Source: Saprolegnia diclina VS20
Taxonomy: Eukaryota
Assembly (NCBI RefSeq): GCF_000281045.1
Contig: NW_008246101.1
Span: 401,438 to 444,487 of the forward strand
DNA: 43,050 nt
Direction: 5' to 3'
The notes under the pieces were generated by a model that did not search any database, was not told the origin of the DNA, and worked only from the letters and a program-made list of their open reading frames with translations. Below, piece after piece: positions 35,144 through 43,050 of the stretch. Every line of letters begins with the position of its first letter. The first letter of the stretch is position 1. The position numbers and the translations under genes were made by a program.

Positions 35144-36646
35144 TTAATTCGCGCCTACATCACGGGCGCAGTGGACGCGCCGGTGCAGCGCCTTGTACTC
35201 GTCCAGCAAGAGCGGAATGTCGGTGAGGCGAAGGTCGGCCGCCGTCTTGTCGAGAAACGACGGTGACGACATGATCGTCGGCGTCATGAGCACGGGCACG
35301 ACGGCTGGCACGAGGCCTGGTACCCGGCGGCGGGCGCGGACATCGAGCACATTGATCGGCGTCAGCTGCGCGTCTTCCGAGTGGTCGTGACGCGGTGCCT
35401 CTTTGGTCGGCGACAACGGCGCGATGACGGCACCGACGTCACCGATGGCGTCTTTGGTGGCGGCGAGGCCTGCGTGGAAGTCTTCCGGCGCGATGCTCAG
35501 ACCCGAGTCGTCGAGCTGCTCTAGAAACGAGACGCTCGAGACGACGTGCGTAAAGAAGTAGCCCGGTTCCGAGAGCAACTTGGATGGGTGGCGGTACGTC
35601 TGGATGTACTGGACGACGCTATGCAAATGCACCGGGTTGGCTTTCAAAATGGTGTAGATGAGCGCGGGAAGGAACTCGTCGGCGCCCGGGTACCGCCCGT
35701 GGTGCGCGCGTAAGAGGTGCGTGAGCTCTTGGCAGACGTGGAGGATGCACGTCATCATGCGTCGCGGGCTCAAGTAGCGCGGCAGCGCCGCAAGGTCGTC
35801 TTGGATCGCTGTCCATCGCTCGAGATCCGACGTCGCCGTGATGTCCAAGTGCGCAAACTCGAGGAAGCGAAGCGACGCGATGCGGTCGTGAAGCGCGGCG
35901 TCGAGGCTTCTGGACGAAGGAAAGACCGTCGCGTGTAGCTTCTCCATGAGGAACGCCTCGAGCGCCTCGCGCCGCCATTCGGGGTCCTTGAAGTCCTCGA
36001 GGAGCTTCTGCCGCTCCATGCGCTGCACGAGCGACGACGTCTGCAGCAGATGCAAGAGATGCGTCACGAAATGCTGGACCCGCTCGCCAAAATGCGACGC
36101 AGGTCGCTTCCCGCCATCGGTAGCAAACTTTTCCTGGAGCGACTTCAGGAACGTCTGGATCGTGTGCACGAGGTCGGCTGCGTCGGCGTGGCGCAGGACG
36201 TCGAGGAGCTGGTTGTATGAGCGGCGAAACGCCGGGTCCATCGGAAGCGACGGCGTGCCATGCTGCTGCACGACCTCGTCGAGGATCGAGATCGTTCCGA
36301 GCGAGGTCGGCGTCTCGGGCGACGACGACGGCGCTAGCTCCAAGGCGTCCATAAAGTGCATGAGCTCATCCGCGCACTTGGTGCACTCGAGCACGGTTGA
36401 CGTCGCGTGGCGCGCATGCCCCGCCGACGGCCGGCGCTTGCGGCCGATGCCCATGCCCTCGACCCACGAGATGCGCTTGGTGCGGGCGACGTGAAGGAGC
36501 TCGTCCCGGCGCTCGGTCGACAGCAGCACATGGGCGGGCGATGTCGGCTCGAAGGCCGTCGACGATGTCGCAGACGACGAGTGCGGCGACGAGGCCGCGC
36601 GGTTGTCCTCGGGCAGCGCCCGGCGGTGCCATGGCAGCGACAACAT
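35144..36646 (-). CDS. VPS9-domain Rab5 GEF
   Basis: SPR..MTCIL.VC; GADEFLPALIYTILKANP..LHS.VQYI..YR....L.SEPGYFFT.VVS.VSFL. Confidence 0.92.
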   Translation of the reverse strand: MLSLPWHRRALPEDNRAASSPHSSSATSSTAFEPTSPAHVLLSTERRDELLHVARTKRISWVEGMGIGRKRRPSAGHARHATSTVLECTKCADELMHFMDALELAPSSSPETPTSLGTISILDEVVQQHGTPSLPMDPAFRRSYNQLLDVLRHADAADLVHTIQTFLKSLQEKFATDGGKRPASHFGERVQHFVTHLLHLLQTSSLVQRMERQKLLEDFKDPEWRREALEAFLMEKLHATVFPSSRSLDAALHDRIASLRFLEFAHLDITATSDLERWTAIQDDLAALPRYLSPRRMMTCILHVCQELTHLLRAHHGRYPGADEFLPALIYTILKANPVHLHSVVQYIQTYRHPSKLLSEPGYFFTHVVSSVSFLEQLDDSGLSIAPEDFHAGLAATKDAIGDVGAVIAPLSPTKEAPRHDHSEDAQLTPINVLDVRARRRVPGLVPAVVPVLMTPTIMSSPSFLDKTAADLRLTDIPLLLDEYKALHRRVHCARDVGAN

Positions 36647-38020
36647 GCGTTCCGGCAGCGAGATCAGGATTTGCAGTCTGAGTTTAGGCGAATTGGTCGC
36701 GTTCTTTACGGATACGCCTTCTATATCCGGATGTGGCGGGCAGAATGTAGGTGGTTCCGACCTTGCGTTCACCACGCAATTCAACAATCCAGTACACGGC
36801 GGCCGAGATGCGCTGCTGACCACGGTGATAGCCGCGAGGTTCGGAGCGCATCTCGCCTGCTTTTCCGAGGAAGCAGCTCGAACCAGGATCTTGATGGTCA
36901 AGCCTTTGGGACGAACGAGATGGCGTCATGTTCCCGTGGTACGGTAGCCGGAATGGGTGCACTGGGGTCGCACCTGCGCGTAGCATGTCTCGGCGCGGCT
37001 GTCTACGGCGACGTGAGGCGCTTCAAGAAGGAAACGAGCTCGTCAACGGTGGGGTCCAGCTGTAGTGTCCAACGACCCGTCAACACGGCGACGCACTACC
37101 TACGGGAATTCTTTGCGGCACTGATGAGTGGTCCACCGGTCGTAGTATCGCAGCCCAGGTCGCGTGGCCGCTATCCAGGTGCAGATGCGTGGACCTGGCA
37201 TGCGTCGTCGTTGGCCTTCTTCCCGTCGTCCTCAGGTCGTCGTCATGCATACCACTTCCGAGGTCTCGCGCCAGGTTGCACTTCATGCAAGAAGATCCGA
37301 CTTCCACAACCGAGTAAACCAGATGGTGGGCCGGTAAACCGCGTGGTGGGGCCAAACGCCGTATGGTATCCTGAATGAAGCGAGGTTTGTGTCCTAGTGT
37401 CAGGGCGTGAAAAAAGGAGTTGTCCGTCCGGCGGCGTCCGGGGCAGGCTTGGATGGGTTGTCGGCCTGGGCCATTCATTTTGCCCAGCATTTGGCCATTC
37501 ATCAACCAACGCACGTACGATACGATCGATGGCCGGCAAACGAGCGATCCGACTTCCGCTGCCGCCCGACTCGCCTGTGAGCCCCGATCGGGCTGCCTTG
37601 TGTAAGGTCTTCCTAGAGTAGTCTACAGATCTCACACACGCAACCTCGAGGCTCTCGAGCAGGCTCGGCTCACCCGATCCATTGGAGAAGATTTTCCACT
37701 CAGGCTGCGCTCGAGTCCAAGGGCCTAGGCCGGTGTCATCTCAAACGCAACGCAATACCGCGTGGCGCTTTCTGCCAGGCGTACCCGACGGACTACCGGC
37801 AACGTTCGTCATGAACGACATCTATTATACAATTGTAGCACGGTCTGCAACTCGGTTTGGTGTGCCTCGGGCGGCGATGGCACGGCGGCCAGCGCGAGCA
37901 AGCCCCACATGATAGTGCTAACGTTAGATGCATACGTAATTCCGTATGAGTACGTGCATTGCCAATTGGTGGTGCTTATTGACGTGCTCTACAGCGGATC
38001 TCCCCTGGAGGATATTGATA

Positions 38021-38259
38021 TCTAGCATCCGAGATCTCGTATAAAAGGTTTATCAAGCATCCGAGATCTCGTATAAAAGGTTGACCAAGCATCCGAGATC
38101 TCGAAAAAAGGTTGACCAAGCATCCGAGATCTCGTATAAAAGGTTGATCAAGCATCCGAGATCTTGGATGAAAGGTTGATCAAGCATCCGAGATATTGGA
38201 TAGAAGGTCGAGCAAGCATCCGGGATATTGGATAGAAGGTCAAGCAAGCATCCGGGATC
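38021..38259 (+). repeat. 32-bp minisatellite array, left arm (7 units + partial)
   Basis: Unit AGCATCCGAGATCTCGTATAAAAGGTTGATCA starts at 38024, 38056, 38088, 38119, 38151, 38183, 38215 and 38247. Confidence 0.95.
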
Positions 38260-38504
38260 GCTCGGTTGGGAAAGAAAGTGAAACGTATCAACGTGTAGTA
38301 TTTAGACTTAGTAGCATGTGCGTGGACGCACATTCGCACACATATTATCACAGTTCGAACAAACTAGTTCGCGGGTGCAGTGAAAACTATCTACATCAAA
38401 GCGTTAAAAAAAATATGTACACTCACACGTTGTGAAGGATCACTAGTACGGAGTACTAGTACTTATTTGTCGCGTCTGGGCTTCTTTTCTGCCTAATAGA
38501 CTAG

Positions 38505-38542
38505 CAAAAAGCTCGATATGCCGACGCATATCGAGCTTTTTG
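38505..38542. other. Perfect 17-bp inverted repeat (hairpin, 4-nt loop)
   Basis: CAAAAAGCTCGATATGC-cgac-GCATATCGAGCTTTTTG. Confidence 0.95.
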
Positions 38543-38566
38543 GTGTCTGCCACCCCTTTCATCTAA

Positions 38567-38838
38567 GATCCGGGATGTTTGCTCTACCTTCTATCCAATA
38601 TCTTGGATGCTTGCTCGACCTTCTATCCAATATCTTGGATGCTTGCTCGACCTTTCATCCGATATATCGGATGCTTGCTCGACCTTTCATCCGATATCTC
38701 GGATGCTTGGTCAACCTTTCATCCAAGATCTCGGATGCTTGATCAACCTTTTATACGAGATCTCGGATGCTTGATCAACCTTTTATACGAGATCTCGGAT
38801 GCTTGGTCAACCTTTTATACGAGATCTCGGATGCTTGA
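38567..38838 (-). repeat. 32-bp minisatellite array, right arm (reverse complement, 8 units + partial)
   Basis: GGATGCT cores at 32-bp spacing ending at 38579 (variant GGATGTT), 38611, 38643, 38675, 38707, 38739, 38771, 38803 and 38835. Confidence 0.95.
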
Positions 38839-39038
38839 TGAGAGCGGGCTCGGTGGTCGGAGTGACAAGTGCCGATGACAAACTAGTTGATCGATGGCTC
38901 ATGAAAATAGTCAGCCAATAAATAATGATGCAATGTCCGAATGTACAGCCGACAGGAACCCAGGTTGGAGGGCGCTTTTTTGCTTTTGATCTTGCTCACG
39001 ATGCGGGATTGCACTGGTGCGCTGACTTGGCTTGGCTT

Positions 39039-39080
39039 GATGTCATCTATGCAACCATAGATGTCATCTATGCAACCATA
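39039..39080. repeat. 21-bp perfect tandem duplication
   Basis: GATGTCATCTATGCAACCATA x2. Confidence 0.9.
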
Positions 39081-39334
39081 TTTAGTGTCAATCGGGATGT
39101 CTATAACTCACTTTTTCATATTAATAGATAGTCGTTCTTATATATTAGCATCGGGGCACTTATATTTTGGGATTTATTCTGTCCTATTAAGATAACATTT
39201 TTGTTGGGTGCACCTAAGATAAGTCTAAACTTCAGGGTTACTCATTGTTATTTGCCAGGTATCAGAGCATGACGGATTGTGTCAAGTCCCTACACAGTTT
39301 AAGTCAATCAATAAATTAGCTCCAAAATGGTTTG

Positions 39335-39422
39335 GAATATGTGGCGCTGTCGAAAGCGCCACTAATGTAACAAGCACACGATCTGACGTGAGTTCAATTC
39401 CCGCCGGGCGTTTTTGTTTTTT
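39335..39422 (+). pseudogene. Degenerate tRNA-like / Pol III promoter relic
   Basis: A-box-like TGGCGCTGTCG, T-arm/B-box-like GTGAG-TTCAATT-CCCGC and a downstream T-run; the acceptor stem does not pair. Confidence 0.35.
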
Positions 39423-40617
39423 GCTCTGCTGAATTCACATATTTTCCGTGTTAAAGTATCGCAATTGGTAGAAAGCTCGCTCCTCTGCGCCGACAACAAA
39501 GAGCCCAACGATTAAAGACGTTCCATGTAACTCCAACGCGTATGGAGGTTACTTTGTTGTGTTGGTACCTTTGGATAAGCATGGAGCGAGGCTTTGGGTA
39601 ATCTCAGTCGATATATGCGGTGGAAGACTCGGGGCGCTGCGCAAGTGTGCACTAAGATGCTCTAATGCTGCCACATAGGAATCAAAGTACATTGCCCAGC
39701 ACAACAAAACTTTACACTACGTTAGAGCGCGCTTGATGTTGTCTTTACGTTATGAACCATACATGAAATGACTCTCCAAGACCTTTTGGGTGGGTCAATG
39801 TCGCTACATGGTGAAGGCGCCATCCTGCTTAAGAATCGATCGAGCAAGGGAATGCACTCCCGCGTCTTGCCAATTGCAGCGGAAATGGCCTCTAGTAACT
39901 CTTTAGTATCTCTCTGCTACATATTACGACCTCTCTCCAACGCTACTAGGACCATCGCAGCCTCTGGACCATCGTAGGAGCTTTACATGTCGAACCAATC
40001 AGCATTATAATGACGCTCTTCACATTTGCTTTGCGTATTGATCCCATACATTCATTGCTGCTAGCATAGCAACGTCGTAGCCTACGTTGGCACCATGACC
40101 CTACCCAGGAGAGCTCACGCTACTACTGCTAGCACACTGCAAGGGCGGCGGTCATACTGCGTCCGGTTAGTAAAGTCCGGTTGGCATATGCCACCCAGCC
40201 ACCCACAGGGGCAAATAATTATTTACCCCTGGCCACCCATTCGCCTCCAAGCCTCCGGTTGATCCGGACGATTTGCATACAAAAACCAAATAGTGTTTAC
40301 CCGAGTTTACTCGATTTGGGGAAGTCCTGCCGGAGCGCCGGGTAAACTGGGCACGAATTATTTTAGGCCGCCATACAAACACGCTGCTTTATCAGTGAGT
40401 CCGACGTTCGTACCCCGAGTTTACCGCTGCCTTCGTTTTTTGCTTCGATTGTTTACGATTCCGAAGGAATCGTAAACAATAGAGCGGGAGGCGTTACATA
40501 TATATATACAGTCCTGATAATTTCGAAGTTGGGAGTTTACTACTGAAAAGGAAAACCCGCTTTCTATTTCTTGCGACGCTGATTCGCTGCTTTTCGGCCA
40601 ATCGCAGCAGAGGTGGC

Positions 40618-41937
40618 ATGGCGGACCTTCGCCGGCGCAAGAAGCCGCGGCCGACGGTCGACGCTTCACTTTGCCGGGCCGTGCTGCTCAACCCCGAGCT
40701 GCGTCTGCTCGTGCATGCCTACCAAGATGGCATCTATGAGGACCTCGCGCCGCTTGCTGCCGAGGCCATGGGCATACGACGACGCGGCTGCACGTGGCAA
40801 GCCGACACGACGCTGCAGCTGATCTTGCCCGAACGGTACTTTGCCGCGTACCGGACGCGCACGCTGAGCTCCGACGACTTGTGCTTGGAGCCTGCGCGCC
40901 TTAACGCGCTCGCGCTGCACTTGGCGCTCTTTGAAGGCAACCTGCGCGTCGTGCAGCGATGGCTCCGCTGCCACCCGACGCATCTCACGCCGCGGGCCGT
41001 CGACTGCGCGACGCGGTATGCGCATATGGAGCTCGTCGAGTGGCTGCTTGCGTGGACTAAAGGCACGTCGGCGGCAGTCGACTACGCGGCCACGATCGGC
41101 CACATGGGGCTGCTCACGCGCCTCCTCGCCGCGGCGCCGGGCTCGTTTCGAGCCATGGACGCTGCCGCGACACACGGCCACCTCGAGGTGCTCTGGCATC
41201 TGCATACGCACACGTCGCTCAGCCCAAGCGTGTGCGCGATCGACGGCGCCGCGGCGAACGGCCACTTGGATACCATCCGCTTCCTCGACGAGCATCGGAC
41301 GGTCGGTTGTTCGGTGGCCGCCATGGACGCAGCTGCCGGGAACGGCCACCTCGACGTAGTGCGCTATCTGCACACGTACCGTGACGAAGGCTGCTCGGTC
41401 CGCGCAATGGACTCGGCGGCCGCGCACGGACACTTGAAGATCGTGCAGTGGCTGCACACGCACCGCCACGAAGGCTGCTCGGTCCGCGCAATGGACTCGG
41501 CGGCCGCGCACGGACACTTGGAGATCGTGCAATGGCTGCATCTACATCGAAGCGAGGGCTGCTCGACGCATGCGATGGACGGCGCGGCGGCCAACGGTCA
41601 TTTGGAGATCGTCCGCTTCCTCCACGTGCACCGACGCGAGGGCTGCTCGACGGCTGCCATGGACGACGCCGCAAAGAACGGCTTCCTGAACGTCGTCCAG
41701 TGGCTCCACGAACACCGTATTGAAGGTGGTACCGAGGCCGGTGTCGCCGAGACGCGGGACGCGGGCTTCGACGACATTGCAGATTTCATGCAGTTGCATT
41801 GCCGCACAGATCTTCGCGTCGAGTGCACGTCGGTGGCCGACGACGATGAGTCGAATGCGTCCGGCGACGACGACGTTCTGACAATGCTCTACGAAGAGGA
41901 CGAGGACCCCGACAACGCGCGCTGGCCCGTTTTCTAG
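40618..41937 (+). CDS. Oomycete-type ankyrin-repeat protein
   Basis: Tandem 28-aa repeats EGCS..AMD.AA.NGHL.IV.WLH.HR; acidic C-terminus. Confidence 0.92.
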   Translation: MADLRRRKKPRPTVDASLCRAVLLNPELRLLVHAYQDGIYEDLAPLAAEAMGIRRRGCTWQADTTLQLILPERYFAAYRTRTLSSDDLCLEPARLNALALHLALFEGNLRVVQRWLRCHPTHLTPRAVDCATRYAHMELVEWLLAWTKGTSAAVDYAATIGHMGLLTRLLAAAPGSFRAMDAAATHGHLEVLWHLHTHTSLSPSVCAIDGAAANGHLDTIRFLDEHRTVGCSVAAMDAAAGNGHLDVVRYLHTYRDEGCSVRAMDSAAAHGHLKIVQWLHTHRHEGCSVRAMDSAAAHGHLEIVQWLHLHRSEGCSTHAMDGAAANGHLEIVRFLHVHRREGCSTAAMDDAAKNGFLNVVQWLHEHRIEGGTEAGVAETRDAGFDDIADFMQLHCRTDLRVECTSVADDDESNASGDDDVLTMLYEEDEDPDNARWPVF

Positions 41938-42219
41938 AGATCCAGTCAAAAACTCAACGTAAAAACTCAAACGCACTCTCTATGGTCTTGGGACGTTTAT
42001 TCGATGCAGTTGACACAAGCTATGCTGTACGCAAGGGACCGATGCTTTATTGAATCGAGGCCACAAGTTTCACCGGCAGCGACGTTCCTTGGACGCATCT
42101 CGCTACTCGCCGCCGGTGTACTGCCTCGCAAAGCACTTGTATTAAATAGATCCAAGGACTATGCGACACGCCAACGAATTGAATGAATTATGCAATCTTG
42201 ACAGAGTTAGAGATAACTG

Positions 42220-43050
42220 CTAGTACCCAAGTCGGTGCAGCTGCGTCTCGAGGTCCCGGGTGTGTTTCGAGAGCTCTTGCGTACGCTTGAAGAGGGCGCT
42301 CGTCGAGAGTCCTTCGATAGTGGTTTGCAGCTCCCGGATCGTCGTCGCGTTGGCTTCTTGAGCGGCTTCGGCCGTGACCGCCCGCGTCTCGAGCACCTGC
42401 ATGTCGGTCTTGTCTTGGTCTCTTGCGTCTGCAGCGCCGTTTCTAAGGCGGCTACGCGCGCCAGGAGGTTTGTCGTCTCCTCCTGGAGCTTCGCTTTGGC
42501 CTCTGCGAGCTCCGACTTGTCGGACGAGAGAGCGTAGACACCGGCCGAGAGATCTTTGATGGTCGTCATGAGCTTCAAGATCTTGTTCTCGAGGCACAGC
42601 TCGTTCGATGCGGCGCGGGCAGCTGCGTCGTCGGCTTGCGCTTTGAGCAGCTCGTAAGCCTTGCGTTCTGCTTCGAGCTCAGCGGCTGCGACCAGGTCTG
42701 GGGGTGCTGGTGGTTCTCCGAGAACGACCTCCATGTCGTTGTCAAAGTCCGTGTCTTCGAGACGCGGCCCATCAAAGACAGTCCACTGACTCTCTTCGCG
42801 GCCGCGCACTGCGTCTTCGTACTTGTCTCGGAATTCAGATCCTTTGGCGGCCAGCCCAGCGCCTTCTCATGGTCGGCCGAGAGGCGACGCGCGACGTTCG
42901 CTGACGTCTCATGCGCTGTCACGAGGTCGGATTCGAGAGCAAAGACTTTTTGTTGGACAGCACAAAGCGACGCTTGTTGTTGCTCGTTGCTTTGCAGAAG
43001 CTGAGCACTTCGAGTGCGCTCTGCGCGAAGCTTTTGACTCTGCGCTTTTG
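42220..43050 (-). pseudogene. Coiled-coil protein gene (5' end outside window) interrupted by two frameshifts
   Basis: The coiled-coil reading frame switches at the 5-bp duplications 42851-42860 (ccagc x2) and 42407-42416 (gtctt x2); no intron signals explain the shifts. Confidence 0.6.

Noticed and set aside
36647..37635. ORFs upstream of the VPS9 gene, including its extension to 36901
   Set aside because: No motif or consistent codon bias
38021..38838. CRISPR array (32-bp repeats)
   Set aside because: Units are contiguous with no unique spacers, there are no cas genes, and the context is eukaryotic
38053..38878. Repetitive ORFs across the arrays
   Set aside because: Artefacts of translating a 32-bp repeat that is not a multiple of 3

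Overview
Eukaryotic genomic DNA, almost certainly an oomycete (Saprolegnia-like). Genes are GC-rich and densely packed, with short 40-65 nt GT-AG introns, oomycete Inr/FPR promoter motifs and 28-aa ankyrin-like repeats. There are three N-gaps. Positions ~1.5-36.6 kb are mostly housekeeping genes: a 12-intron WD40-like/coiled-coil/RING protein, an LxCxE cyclin, NHP2, a claudin-like protein, complex I B15, a PPR protein, ATP synthase 6-kDa subunit, RGP1, RPS28, mitochondrial L23, ESF1, NUP54, BCD1/ZNHIT6, two tandem 1-Cys peroxiredoxins collapsed into gaps, two Mug135-like paralogues, an FSH1 hydrolase and a VPS9 GEF. Two spliced genes missed by the ORF track were found by hand: RPS28, and a small nuclear gene encoding a mitochondrial presequence plus the C-terminal tail of cytochrome oxidase subunit 1 (Cox1-c, split cox1). 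From ~36.7 kb the window becomes accessory. A 4-kb gene-free island holds two mirror-image 32-bp minisatellite arrays with Helitron/foldback-like ends, a tRNA-like relic, a nested hairpin and a 26-bp hAT-like palindrome with an 8-bp direct repeat. It is followed by an ankyrin-repeat gene and a frameshifted coiled-coil pseudogene. All calls come from reading the sequence and recalled family motifs; no searches were run.
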